Assembly: GCF_006345805.1 (NCBI RefSeq)
Contig: NC_042998.1
Location: 87,172,001-87,236,000, forward strand
Direction: 5' to 3'
Length of the DNA stretch: 64,000 nt
Source of the DNA: Octopus sinensis
Taxonomy: Eukaryota
Numbering within the stretch: position 1 is the first letter of the stretch; each line of letters begins with the position of its first letter. A program made the position numbers and the translations under genes. The notes below the pieces were generated by a model. That model did no database searches, was not told the origin of the DNA, and saw nothing but the letters and a program-made list of their open reading frames with translations. Shown piece after piece: positions 51,147 to 64,000 of the stretch.

Positions 51147-51619
51147 AACTTATAAACAAGGGCTAAAGAAAATTATTTCAATGCCAATATGCTGATAACA
51201 GACTTATAAATCATCAATTTCCACATATAATCACTATAAGCTGTAGTGAGGAACAGTTCACACGGGTGCTGAGGCTGACCGAAGGATTTTATATTTAGAT
51301 ATATCTGGGGTACTTATATGTACTCATGATTTTTGCTTTGGCTTTTTTCCATGGGCGCTTGTAAATATTTTATTTGTCTTTTCGTATTTTCTACTGAAGA
51401 GGAAAAAATCTATTTTGAGATTAATTCCGAAATTGATTCAATATAGAAATAACGAACTTTTTTTTTTTTTTAATTCTTTTGGCCAGCTTTCCCCAATTTC
51501 AGCTCTACATGTTTTCTGTAGCGAGTAAATAATATGTGGAAATTGACGATTTATAAGTCTGTTATCAGCATATTGGCATAGAAATAATTTTCTTTAGCCC
51601 TTGTTTATAAGTTGTTTAT
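51141..51619 (+). mobile_element. 479-bp non-coding fold-back element with 88-bp arms and an internal hammerhead
   Basis: 51141-51228 versus 51532-51619: 86 of 88 bases complementary; next to (TA)n; no ORF. Confidence 0.9.
51381..51456 (+). ncRNA. Type I hammerhead ribozyme with intact core
   Basis: TTCGT at TTTCTA / CTGAAGA / GGAA aa AATCT attttg AGATT aa TTCC / GAA / ATTG att CAAT / A / TAGAAA ta ACGAA; AUA triplet, predicted cut after 51443. Confidence 0.85.
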
Positions 51620-51737
51620 GATTTTAACCTTAAAGGTACTTTAATATGCTGCCACATTTTCTGAGGAAATTTTTTTCTGTAAAAAAGCTTCATCCTATAT
51701 TAGTAGTATATATATATGTGTATATATATATATATAT

Positions 51738-51967
51738 ATTTCTTTACTACCCACAAGGGGCTAAACACAGACGGGACAAACAAGGACAGACAAACGGATT
51801 AAGTCGATTATATCGATCCCAGTGTGTAACTGGTACTTAATTTATCGACCCCGAAAGGATGAAAGGCAAAGTCGACCTCGGCGGAATTTGAACTCGGAAC
51901 GTGACGACAGACGAAATACAGCTACGCATTTCGCCCAGCGTGCTAACGTTTCTGCCAGCTCGCCGCC
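51738..51967 (-). mobile_element. Young tRNA-head SINE of a third family, with a Deu/Nin-like core by my recollection. Older copies at about 3460-3800-, 4880-5070-, 21625-21840+, 45280-45510-, 58430-58560-
   Basis: Minus: ggcggcgagctggcagaaacgttagc..gagttcaaattcc (B-box, 51883-51895)..gtcgactttgcctttcatcctttcggggtcgataaattaagtacc; CpGs retained. Confidence 0.8.
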
Positions 51968-52149
51968 TAATATATATATATATATATATATACACACAAC
52001 TGGCTTCTTTCAGTTTCCAGTTATCAAATCCACTCACAAGACTTTGGTCAGCCTGAAGCTATAGTAGAAGACACTTGCCCAAGGTGCCACACAGTGGAAC
52101 TGAACCCAGAACCATGTGGTTGGTAAGCAAGCCACTTACCACACAGTCA

Positions 52150-52560
52150 CTCCTTTAACAATATCATATTTACAATTTTTCACTTGGTGATATATTGAGA
52201 ATCTCTTTAATCTTTCTACTTCCTTGCTCTCAATTCTAATGCATCCAGGTTCTGCAGTATCAATTATTTCCAATTCTCTTGATTTTTCATTCACTACAAA
52301 AATATTAGGTCTCTTAACATTCAAATCATATGGTTATATTGGATAGCAAAATCCCAAAGGATCTTTAATGTTATTTGACTCAATTATACTAAAAGGTTGG
52401 CATACATGCAATTTATCACCCCACTCTCTAATTTGGAGAGTTTGCGCATAATTCACATAATTCTCAATGCCATATTTCATTGTCATATCCTCTCATATTC
52501 TTCCTGATCTAATTTCACTCTCTTTTACTTCAGAGAAGACTTACTGGTACTGATTATATT
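52150..52560 (-). mobile_element. Old RLE-type LINE remnant
   Basis: KRPNIFVVNEKSRELEIIDTAEPGCIRIESKEVE resembles the PD..D..E..K endonuclease motif; KLDQEEYER upstream resembles the segment before RHD. Confidence 0.55.
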
Positions 52561-53160
52561 AAATTTGATGTAGATTGTCTTTTGTTTTACTTGCTAAATC
52601 TGAAGGAACAATGCCCAAAACCTTTGTATACCCTCTGATATTACTGGGCTTGATGTTGTTAATGTACTGTTTAAATTGTTGCTTCCAGAAAGATACGAGT
52701 ATGGAGGAGATTCCGATGAGCTGATGTCTTGTGGAGGAAGGACTAAGGGTAATGTTTGATGTAGAAGTGGTGGTGGGGTTATTGAATGCAACAGGTGTGA
52801 TGAAAAGTGGAGAGCTAGGTCCATGTTTCAGCATGTTTGTGTGAATATGGAGTTCTCTTCATAATTATATGTTCTCATATATGCTCTTGGATTCCATCCC
52901 ACTATGTGACACCTTGGGTAAATGTTTTCTACTATTGCTTCAGGTTGAACAATGCAACCAGTCTTAACATGACACTGTTTGAGCAAAATGGCAATATCGT
53001 GTAAACAATACATCCTGTATCCCTGAAGTTTTCACATGTGAACACCAGTAAAATGACAAGAAAAATAATGGTTGTTAACTGGAAGGACATCCAAATGTAG
53101 AACGCTGCTCCAGTGCATTTTTGTTCAGCCTATGCTAGCATAGGTAAAAGCAGATTCAGA

Positions 53161-53196
<36 letters not shown>

Positions 53197-53499
53197 CATC
53201 ATCATCATTATTATTATTCTGCTGTTGCTGCTGCTGACGACAATGCAAATCTGATAATAATGATATTTTCAAGTTACAGGTCTACCTCTTTAGTGCTGGT
53301 GCTATGAGAAAAAGCAGTTTGTACACTTTGTAAAATTGTAGGAGTTATGGAGAGTATTGACCCATAGAAATCATGCCAAAACTGAAACGTGAAAGTAAGA
53401 TATGGCCGTTTGTCCTGCTGGATTCTGACAAAACATTTTACCCATTCCAGCATGGAAAATAGATGTAAAAATCAAGTTGCAGATGAGTGTATCATTATC

Positions 53500-53990
53500 A
53501 TCATCATCATCACCATCGTTTAACGTCTGTTTTCCATGCTGGCATGTGTTGAACGGTTTGACTGAGGACTGGTGAGCCAGATTGCTGCATTGGGCTCCAA
53601 TCTGAATTGGCTGAGTTTCTACAGCTAGATGCCCTTCCTAACACCAACCACTCTGAGAGTGTAGTGGGTGCTTTTGCGTGCCACCGGCCTGAGGGCCAGT
53701 CAGGCAATACTGGTGACAGCCACACTCCAATGGTGTTTTTTTATGTGCCACCTGCATAGGAGCCAGTCCAGCGGCACTGGCAATGACCTCGATTGAATGT
53801 TGTTTTTCACATGCCACCAGCACAAGTGCCAGTAAGGCAACACTGGTAACGATCATGCTCAAATGGTGCTTTTCATGTGCCATCGGCATGAGAGCCAATC
53901 AGTGGCCCTGGCAACGATCACGCTTGGATGGTGCTTTTAACGAACCACTGGCACAGGTGCCAGTCAGGCGGTGCTGTCATCAGCCACATC
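53500..53990 (-). mobile_element. RTE 3' tail with about five units of a ~60-nt minisatellite. Similar tails at about 10030-10170, 30545-30850 and 55660-55910
   Basis: (CAT)n, cgtttaacgtctgttttccatgctggc, then repeats of tggtg.tttt.atgtgccac..gca..gccagtc......actgg. Confidence 0.8.
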
Positions 53991-54532
53991 AGCGAATTTG
54001 ATTTTGATTGTATGTGTGTTTATATTTGTCTACACTTAAAGTTAGAGTTGTAGGTAGATAGAGCGAAAGATACATGGATGTGTAGGCAAACAGAGAGCAA
54101 ATATAAGGATAAGAAAGAAGAAATGAGAAGCTGAAGGATAGAAGAGTGAGGATGTGAAGGATAATAACAGGGATAGTGGATACTGAGAATATTATAATTT
54201 AGCTAGTGACTTAGATATTACCTCTGCTAATAAACTATCGAACTGAAATCAAAAAACTCATTTGAATAAATTAACCTTTTGTGACAGTTAATATCAGAGA
54301 AGCGGAGTGAGAAAGAATGAAAATAAGAAAATGTTAGTGATTAATTGAAGATTCATTCATTGTTAGAAATAGTTTCTCTTTATCTCTAATTACATAAGTA
54401 GAAGATAGAAGTTATTGCTGACAATGACAAACCTAAGTTATGGAAGAGATACAAAAGAGAGACAAATGAAGTAGTAATGTCACCACTGTCTCATCTTACA
54501 TTTATTATTATCATCAGCATCTTTACTGCCTG

Positions 54533-54573
<41 letters not shown>

Positions 54574-54764
54574 CAATCATGGTCTGTGTTTCTATCATGG
54601 CAATTGATTCTGTCATTATTGCTATCATCATCATCATCATCATCATCATCTTCATTATTGTCTATCATCATTGTGTTATTCTTCAACATTATTGCCATTT
54701 GTGTATGTGTCTTTATTATAATGTTTGTATGTATGTATTTGTTATCAGTGCTTATATATATATA

Positions 54765-55230
54765 TCTATATATATATAATTATTATATAAAATCCATTCT
54801 GTTTGTTTGTGTGTGTGTCTTCTAGGATCTCGGGCATCCTCCATCCGATTGCGCTCAAATTTGATATGTAGATACCGATGGTATGAGGGCATGTATAAAT
54901 CTTGAAAAAATTACAAAAATCGATTCCAGGTGAGAATGTGATCGATAAAGCCATGGGAATGTGCATTTGTACATGCAAGTACATCAGCTTTTGTGATTGA
55001 TACTATGCATATGCGAGAAAAATGCATGTGCAGTTTGCGCAAAAATGCTGGCTGGCCTGAAATAATGCCACAAAACTTAGTATATTTAAGAGACCAAAAA
55101 AGTAAGATGCAAAAGAGATATTTTCTTCAAACTTGGCATGAAGGAGGGAAAGTCTATTTGGTTTCTCAAGAAATTTTTTTTGCCTTAACTTCATTTAACA
55201 AAACCAAAAAATTTATTGAAATATAGGCAT
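54765..55230 (+). mobile_element. Possible non-autonomous Helitron 5' part; 3' end not found
   Basis: A|TCTATATATAT..ctgtttgtttgtgtgtgt..ccgattgcgctcaaatttg resembles the 5' layout of 57984 and 61187. Confidence 0.35.
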
Positions 55231-55979
55231 GCTTAATTATTTTTTAATGAAAAGAAAACACTGATTGCTTTTTATTCAAGAAAGAAAATACTATTTTCTT
55301 GCTAATAAATGATTTACCGTGTTTGTGTTCTCCCAGTCAACAGCCTTATCATTACTGGTACTTTAAACTCTTTGGTTGCATATTTGTGTGAATAAAATCG
55401 TTTTCCTTTGGAATAGAAAGAAGTCTATCTTTATTTCTTCTATTGCTGGTGTCTCAAATATAGGTTAAATCAGTGTTTCTCAAAGGGGAAGCCTATGGGA
55501 CGGTTGGACAAGTTTTGAGAAAATTTGGTTTAAATGTTTGACAATTCAGCACCGTCCATTGGAAATGGGAGGGGGGGGGGCGTTTTGCTCATATATATAT
55601 ATATACATATACATATATATATCATCATCATCATCATCATCAACACCACCATCATTATTGTCAATCATTAACATTTAACATGTGTTATCCATGCTGGCAT
55701 GAGTTGGAGGGCTTGACAGGAGCTGGAAGGGTTGCTGGCTACACCAGGTTCCATCACCTGTTTTGGCTTAATTTCATCGGCTGGACGCCTTTCCTAATGC
55801 TTGTCACTTTATAGAGCGCACTGGGTGCTTTTATGAGGCACTGCACAAGTGCTTTTATATGGCACCAGAACAAGTGCTTTTTACATGGCTTCAGCATGGG
55901 ACTTTCACAGGTCAATCCTCTTCACTAGGGGGAGCAGCCATAACACTTTTGCTGTGAAGCAAATATGTCACATATGTAA

Positions 55980-56424
55980 TCTACTATAATAATACTCTTG
56001 TGTTTTTCTGTGTCACAAAATATGAATGAGAAAGGAAGGGGTGATAGATGAACAAAGAAGGAAGGGGCGATGGCAACCTGGTGTGAGTATATGTGTGTGT
56101 ATGTAAAAGGGAGGTATGTGAATGTTTGTGTGTGTGTGTGCAACAGAAGCGGGATGGTGAACATTCAATGCTGAAAAGAAAGATTAAACAGAGTTTCAAC
56201 TCTGTGTGAGTATATATGTGTATATGTGTGCGTGTACAAGGGAAGTATGTGAATGTTTGTATGTGTGAACCAGCGTTCTTTCAGTAACAAACGATGACTG
56301 ATGTCACATCTCAAAAGACAACCACTAGATAACATTGACAAGTGTATTAATTTGGTTTACCATCCATATTTATATATAAAATACTATAATTAGCCATCGT
56401 TTTTGACAGCACGGGGCTAGCTAG
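55980..56424 (+). mobile_element. Non-autonomous Helitron
   Basis: A|TC start, CTAG|T end at 56421-56425, subterminal gccatc gttttt gacagc (a decayed GCCGTC/GACGGC hairpin by inference). Confidence 0.65.
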
Positions 56425-57983
56425 TAAATAAATAAAAGGCAAAAACACCCTGCAGACTTTGAGTCAACAAAATAGAAATAAGATTTAAAAAGTTATTCTT
56501 TCTGTCTCGCCTGGTATCAAATGATCCACAGCCCTGGTACTGGTATTGGTTCCCTGCCCAATGATTTGGGACCTCTGCTTTATAGGATCTGTTCTGCCTT
56601 TATGTGTTCCAACTTGAAATCCTATCTTCTATCATCTGAACAAATGATAGTGATATTTCTGTCAGGAGTTGTATAAGCAATGGAAAAACACAATGGAAAC
56701 AAACTTTTTTGACTCAACTAAAAGATTGGCTGCCAATCTAGCATCTTGTCATCTCTTTTTCTCATCCATCTCCTCTCTACTGTATCATCATTATTATTCT
56801 GCTGCACCAGACTGTTAGTCATCTCCTATCCCTTTCATTTCACCCATATTCTTGTGCAACCTCCTCACTTCTTCCCACCCACACTCCTGGACCCTCTGCC
56901 CCATTCATTTCTGGCCTCCTCATACCTTAAAGGTTGACCCTGACACATTATCCATTCCATTTTTGTCACTTTTCAGCTCCATCTGATCTCTCCCAGTCTC
57001 TCTTTTAAAATGTGAATGGCTATATACTGCTTAAAGTACATATGTAGCTTACTGGTTAGGGTATTCGGCTTCAGATCATAAAGTCATGAGTTTGATATCC
57101 AGCAACATCTTGTGTCTTTGAACAACACACTTTTTTTTTCTCATTGCTGTAGTTCACTCGGCTGGCAAAAATAAGTTGTACATGTAATTCAAAGGGCCAG
57201 TCTTTTCCCATTCTGTGTCACACTGAATCTCCCCGAAGACTATGTTAAAGGTATGCGTTTCTGTGGAGTGCTCAGCCACTTGCACATTAATTTCATGAGC
57301 AGGCTATTCTGTTGATTGGATCAACTGGAACCCTAATTGTTGTAATCAATTGAGTGTCAGTTGTTAGTAAGAAACATGTTCTGTTTAAGCCCCTTCTCTT
57401 ATAAATTTATTCCTCATCTGGCATGATAACCTCACTAGTACTGGTGGCACAAGAAAAACATTGAGTACACTCTATAAAGTGGTTGGTGTTAGGAAGGGCA
57501 CCCAGCCACAGAAGCCATGCCAAAGCAGACACTGGAGCTTGATGCAGTCCTTGGAGGTCATAGGATCCTGTCAAGCCAGCATGTTAATGACAATGATGAT
57601 GATGAGACAGCAACAACAATGATGATAATGATGATAATGGTGATATATAAATCATGGGCATAGCAGCGAAGTTGCTTGGTAACCAGACAACCAGTTTTCA
57701 GATTAGTGGTTCTTTTACTGTCACAAATATTATACTGTGTAGGAGAAAAACATATTGTTACTATAAGTCTTTACTAGCAGTCAAATGACCAAGTCTTCCT
57801 AAAGAAAATACAGTTTGGAGAAAGAGAAACTCTAGCAAAGTAATTTCCCATTAAAAATACTATATGAAGATAATAAAGTTATCAGGGAACCAACTAGCTG
57901 GGGGCAAACCAGAATATTTATTTCACATAATGAAATTCAGTTCTCCTTCTCCCAAACATATTTAATTTGTATGGTTTAATAAA

Positions 57984-58347
57984 TCTATATATATAAAACT
58001 CAACTTGTGTGTCTGTGTGCGTATCTGTGTGTGTGTCTGTGTGTTTAACTTCCTGGCACATCTCCTCCTAGTCAACAAATCATAGAACCACCAAAAATGG
58101 GTCACTTAAAGTTTAGGCGAATGAAAATTGAACTGCGCTATTTCTGTTCCAAAATTCATCTCGCAAGTGCAAAAATCGATAATGTGTTTGTTTAGGCGTT
58201 ATCCCATGCATTGAATAGTGATGTAGCCTGGAGGGCTTTTTCGTATTAATTGTTTGGACTTTGTGAACACATACCAATTGTTTTCATAACATTTTTAATG
58301 CTTTGAATTAAATGTGACCATTTTGCAAAGCTGGGCAATACTGCTAG
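57984..58347 (+). mobile_element. Non-autonomous Helitron
   Basis: A|TCTATATATATAAAACT start, (TG)n, ..gctgggcaatactgCTAG|T end matching the 61187-61699 terminus; hairpin decayed. Confidence 0.7.
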
Positions 58348-58579
58348 TATACATATATAATTATATATGTGTGTGTGTTTGTGTGTGTGTATGTATTTAA
58401 GCACGTATGTATATATGTATGTGTGTATGTATGTATGTACATCAACCTGAAAGAATGAAAACTAAAGTTAAACTCTGCAGAATTTGAACTCAGAATGTAA
58501 AACCAGATAAAATGTCATGAAGTATTTTGTTTGGTGTGCTAATGATTCAGCTATGTGCTAACTTACAGAGTGACAAGCA

Positions 58580-58634
<55 letters not shown>

Positions 58635-58731
58635 TTGGAACCGTTCGAATACTCCGGAAGGTGCTCAAAAATCACTGGTAGTGAACAGCTGACACTGTAA
58701 TACATCTGCAGCATTAGAAGCTGTGCAAAAG
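58635..58731 (+). mobile_element. 97-bp extreme 3' fragment of a third R4/Dong-like family inside (TAA)n
   Basis: GTVRILRKVLKNHW* matches the GTAHILRKTL terminus at about 24655-24685; TAA arrays on both sides; ends aaaag|taat like family A. Confidence 0.6.
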
Positions 58732-58793
58732 TAATGATAATAATAATGATAATAATAATGATGATAATAACAATGATGATAATAATAATAATA

Positions 58794-58825
<32 letters not shown>

Positions 58826-58828
<3 letters not shown>

Positions 58829-60260
58829 TTATTGTAACAATGCTTGGGTGCACTGTAGCTTATTGGAAAAGGTTAAAAGAAGAGACAGAAAGCAGTCATA
58901 AGTCAAGTAAAAAACAGGCAACAGAGAAAGCTAGGAGTATATGCACAGTATCCAGAGTAAAACACAAAAAGACAGAAAAATGAACAGTAAAAGAGCCATA
59001 GAAAGAAAAGTATGTCAGGCATATCAGGAGTAAAGCTATTGAATTTTGAGAAGCATGGGAAACATGCTGAATTTTGGGAAGCTGTTCTGACAGCTAACAA
59101 TTGCTTTGACAATTATGAACATAAGAAATGATGCCAATTGTTATGGGAGCTGTGCTGTTTTTGATTTTATAAGCATATCTCTGCGTAGTAAAGATACTGA
59201 ATTCAGAAAGGTGGCCACAGCTGTTGTTGGAAAGATGGGGGAGTATGACATGAGCTTCTACCAAGTCAGCTGCTGGACATCAAAACTTTAGTGTTTTGAT
59301 ATCCAGAAAAGCAATATATTCAAGAAAAGTGACTGACTGAGGGTATTCATCTGGTTGCATGTCTATGAACTGCTTCCAGTAGACTGATAACCTAGATGGT
59401 GATACCAGACTGGAGATACAATCTGCAAATGTGGATGTACCATAGTTATAGTATGTAGCTTTAAATAAATAGCTGGTGAATGGCTGATAAATGTCATACT
59501 GCATGATGCTTAGACACACATTTGGTCTTTTTGATGATTTTTAGAAATGTGATTCATTTAATGAGGATCATTATTGACAATAGCGGTTAGGTCATGTTTA
59601 CCAGCAGACTTAAGTTTGATGTTGTAAGGGGATTTGGTAAATTCTGGGTCTTTTCCTTGAAAATATATAGTGATGCACTTGTCTACAGCCAGCTTGAGTT
59701 ATCTGTCAGAAATTCATTGTTGTATTTTGTTGAGATCAGATTAGAGGAAAGATCTATAATGTATAGTATCTGTTCTTTTTTCTCAAAGTTCACCTTGATA
59801 CCATCTGTGTATTTTAAGACAGTAACATACATGCTTCAAGTTGATATTTAGTTTATTAATGCTTGCAATAAATAACAAGGAACAAAGAACAAATCCCAGT
59901 GAGATCAATCATTGCATAAAGTGCAGAATGTCCTAGTATCATGACTACTTTTTATTTGAGAATGAGTTCAACCAGATAGAAATATTGACTGTCATATCCT
60001 TTGCAGAAGGTTCACCATTAGTCATTTGAGTGGCACAAAATTGAAGCCTATGCTGGAGTCAAAATAGATAACAGGCCATCCATGAGCCACCATCTGAGTT
60101 GGCCACAGTTACGAGAGTTTCAGAAATTCCAAAGTGCCTCTCTGATACAGGACAACATCAGTTTGGTGACACAGTCAGTGAGACTGACTGGACAGTAATT
60201 GACAAGCAATGTGTGATCAATTGTTTTGAACAAAGGAATAATGCAGGCAATTTTACACTA
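58826..60260 (-). mobile_element. Heavily decayed CR1-clade LINE (RT to 3' UTR) with a (TTA)n tail
   Basis: VLKYTDGIKV (FADD region); kqhssh segment shared with about 25080-25100; UTR ends acaataaactcattattattatt. Confidence 0.65.
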
Positions 60261-61186
60261 TTTTGGGTTAATGTAGAATTTAAAAAGCAAAGCAAACACT
60301 GAAAAATTTATGAAAGTGGGTGCAGCAGAAGGAGTTCATTCATTATGCTTTGAAAATAAATTTAAAAGTAATTCTTTTAAATTTCAAAATGTATCTTGTA
60401 AATATTCATATTTAATTGAATGGATTATATTTCTCATGAACACACTTTGCTATATGTTCCTATGTGCAATGCATTTGTTAATTTAAGTCAGTGAACTATA
60501 CTACAAGACCTAGTCAAAGAATCTTGTAAAAGACACTTTCACATAGTGGATGACTTCTGCATTACTTGTTCAATATTCTTACAGCTAGTAAGAATATTGT
60601 TACCAATGGCCAGGTAGAGAGCCTTTGTTATTTGAAAAACATGTGAAAGAGGGCAAGAAATTATATTGAATATATTTGTTTTACTATGTGGCTAAGTAGT
60701 TTTATATTCTCATTGTCATTTGAAGTATGGAATAACCTAAATTAGATATATGAGTATGTTCATCTAACTTACATAAAACTTGTGTCTTCTCTGATGTTTT
60801 CACAGGTATATTTCTTTGGTCATTTTACATAGGTTGTATTGATATGTATTGAAGCATTATCTTATAGCTGGAGTCCTTTGTACTGTTAAATATTTTCTGT
60901 ATTTCAAGCAGGGGAATGTCTTTTATTCCACCAATCTTTCAAAAGCTATGGTTGGGGGATTATTTGTCAACTGGGTACATCAACATTATGTCAACATTTC
61001 TTGCTCAATGCTTCCATTTGCACACCCATGCATACAGACATGCATGTGTATACACATACACACACATGTACATGTACATATATATAAACCAGGCCAACTT
61101 GGGAAACAGGCCTTCACTGGTGATAATGATGATCAATATTTATATCTATATCGATACATATATCAATACATACATATATATATATA

Positions 61187-61699
61187 TCTATATATATAAA
61201 ACTGTAGTTGTGTGAGTGTCTGTCCCCTTCGATTTAGATTCCTAACTACTCTCACATTTTGTGGTGCAGTTTAACCAAATTCGGGTATCTTATAGTCGTG
61301 ATTCATATCGAGCCCGTCTGAGTATTAGCATGCGTCTACAATGAGTCTACGATTTTAAAAATAATTTAACATCATTTTTTATTCCATTTTAATGCATAAT
61401 TTTTCGTGTGTCGATGGCGGCGGAGTTGGCGTCCATGGTCACACCTGCACCTGTTTGCTTCTCCCCCTTCTTCCCTCCCTCGTGAAGCTGTGGGGAAGGG
61501 AGTGTAAGGAAATCAACGTCGTAAAGCGTTGTCAAGGAGACCAGCGTTCTTTTAGAACAACGACTTTATGGCTTGAAGACACCAAAACAGAAATGGCTAA
61601 GAAAGCCCGAATTGGCATCTATAAGGGAAGTAACTCTCTAAAAATGCTTATATAGTTATTTCCCTTACAGACCCGAGCAACGCCGGGCGATACTGCTAG
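61187..61699 (+). mobile_element. Well-preserved 513-bp non-autonomous Helitron
   Basis: Inserted between A (61186) and T (61700); 5' TC; GC hairpin CCCGAGCAACGCCGGG at 61672-61687; 3' CTAG at 61696-61699. Confidence 0.85.
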
Positions 61700-62089
61700 T
61701 ATATATATAAAGAGGAGATAGAAACGACTATTTCCTTGCATGTTGAAAAAGTAGATACTTTAATGAAACATCAATAATTCACTGTGATATGAAAAAAGCT
61801 GTCAGCAGGTGAAACGAACAGAATGATTTTTTTAAAGATTACAGTGAGTTAACTGTGTACAATAGTTTTGGGTTTAACTTACAAATTAAATTAATTAATC
61901 TTTAAAAAATTAATTCAAATTGAATTTGTCAAGTATGACCATCCTCAGAACTATCTCTCCATATTTACGAAAAATATGAATAATTTTAAAAATATTACCT
62001 TTTTTGTCCATGGCCATTTGAATTTCAAGGTATAAAATTATTTCAAAACAAATGAAAGAAAGCTAAACTTCCTTATCAGGTTTCGACAT

Positions 62090-62109
<20 letters not shown>

Positions 62110-62133
<24 letters not shown>

Positions 62134-62157
62134 TCATCATCATCATCATCATCATCA

Positions 62158-62202
<45 letters not shown>

Positions 62203-63515
62203 TCATTTAACGTCTGCTTTCCATACTGGCATGGGTTAGATGGTTTGACTGAGGGCTGACATGCCAGAAAGCTGCACGAGGCTCCAATCTGATCTTGCAA
62301 AGTTTCTACAGCTTGGTGCCCTTCCTAATGCCAACCACTCCAGTGCTTTTCATGTGCCACCAGCATGAGAGTCAGTCAGGCAGCACTGGTGACGATCACG
62401 CTTGAATGGTGTTTTTACATGTCACTGGAACAGGAGCCAGTCAAGTGGCACTGGCAATGATCACACTCAAATGGTGCTTTTTATGTGCCACCAGCATGGG
62501 TGCCAATCAGGTGCTACTGTCATCGGCCATGACAATGACTTCACTTGACTCAACAAATCTTTGCAAGTGCAGTTTATTGCCCAATGATTGAAGGATACTC
62601 TTAAATGGGCTGGTTATGCTGCACTGGCATAGGCCACGGTTACGGTCTCACTTGACTTACTGGATCTTCTCAAGTACAGCATATCTCCAAAGGTCTTGAT
62701 CACTTGTCATCACCTTGGTGAATCCCAACATTTGAAGGTCGTTCTTCACTACCTCATCCCAGGTCTTCCTGGGTCTACCTTTTCCACAGGTACCCTCTAC
62801 TGCTAGGGTGTGATACTTTTTCACACAGCTGTCCTCATCCATGCACAATACATCATCATACTAGCACTGTCATCTCTCTGGCACACTACATCTGATGTTT
62901 CTTATGTCCAACTTTTCTCTCAGGGTGCTTACTCTCTATTGTGTATGCAGACTGATATTGCACATCCAGCTGAGCATACAAGCTTCATTCCTTGCAAGCT
63001 TACTCATGTCCTCAGCTGTCAAGATCCATGTTTCACTGTCATGGCTGTTCTCACACACAGTCTACCTTTTACTCTGAGTGAGAGGTCCTTCTTCACCAGC
63101 AGAGGTAGGAGCTCTCAGAACTTTTCACAGGCTATTCTTATTCTATCAGTTACACTCTCAGATCATCCACCCCTGCCACTGACTTGGTCACCTAGGTAAT
63201 GAAAGCTATCAACTACTTATAGATTTTCCCCCTGGCATGTGATGGAAGCTGTTTTCCACACATTTTCAGTGTTTATTGCCCCTGAGCATTAGCCACATAC
63301 AAAATCTATCTTCCCAATTAAACTTCCTTTGATATTGCTGCACCTCTTATATGTCCATAGCCTACACCAAGTACATCTTATGGAGTTTCTTCCCATGTCT
63401 TTTCAACAGATCGAACAGGGCCATCTACCTGAAAGGATTTGCGATTTGTCTGCCTTCCTACTTATCAAGACTTTGGGTTTTGCTAGATTGACTCTAAGGC
63501 CCATCAATTCTAAAC
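62110..63515 (-). mobile_element. 5'-truncated RTE LINE, same family as 31797-33829, with a (GAC)n(GAT)n tail
   Basis: GLRVNLAKPK, GRWPCSIC, MDEDSCVKK, GKGRPRKTWDEVVKNDL, AVLEK; UTR minisatellite; tail at 62120-62205. Confidence 0.88.
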
Positions 63516-63561
63516 CTTTCCTCTGTGTGTATGTGTGTGTGTGTGTGTGTGTGTATACATA

Positions 63562-64000
63562 CACAGAGTGCGATGGGTAAATTATCACCATTTCATATTT
63601 TTAATTTTGTGCATGCACATTGTTTGTTTTTGATTTTGTCAACTACACAGTATAGTTGGGTCGGTTGAGCTCTGTATGTGAGAGAAACAGCACCATGATG
63701 CAATTCACTCTGCCAAAAATTTGGAAATGACATGCTTTACTCCTTGGCATTCATGCCAGAAGCTCCAATACAAACATTTCAGAGTTTGGGGGTCAATCTG
63801 AGAACAGTGCAGTGGATTCAGAAAGAGTTAGGTTAGTCTAATGATAATTATGAAGGTACGGCAACTTGGAAAACTCCCTCTGATAGTTCTGATAAGAAAA
63901 GAACTCCTGAATTTGTTGGTGAGATCCAGGCCATGATTAACAACAATCCTTCCAAGTCAATCACATCCATCGCCAGGGAGATGGGAGTGCCTGAGTTTCT
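63562..64000 (+). mobile_element. 5' end of a Tc1/mariner-superfamily element with decayed N-terminal HTH region, running off the window
   Basis: TA then cacagagtg; VNLRTVQWIQKEL and KKRTPEFVGEIQAMINNNPSKSITSIAREMGV resemble Tc1/mariner DNA-binding domains; in-frame stops present. Confidence 0.55.

Overview
AT-rich, microsatellite-dense eukaryotic DNA. The repeat families look like those of an octopus (coleoid cephalopod); this is recognition, not a database result. The only host coding sequence I can support is a 91-nt internal exon of a KCNQ1-type potassium channel at 26639-26729 (+), encoding [31 protein letters not shown] found no neighbouring exons, so the window is probably all introns 1 and 2 of that gene. 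The rest is decayed mobile DNA: two Penelope-like elements (PLEs) with long inverted terminal duplications, RTE, CR1 and R4/Dong-like LINEs, three Tc1/mariner pieces, non-autonomous Helitrons, a TTAA MITE and many tRNA-derived SINEs. No mobile-element ORF is intact. The most unusual signal is a set of unrelated short non-coding fold-back elements carrying type I hammerhead ribozymes (HHRs). Two HHRs have intact catalytic cores inside fold-backs (47412-47456 minus; 51381-51456 plus), one has a roughly 100-nt stem II (34765-34891), and one sits in a tRNA-head + (TAA)n + HHR composite (48584-49009). A second pattern is R4/Dong-like elements stacked inside the (TAA)n tails of CR1-like LINEs at two separate loci. 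All RNA structures and alignments were worked out by eye, and boundaries of decayed repeats are approximate.
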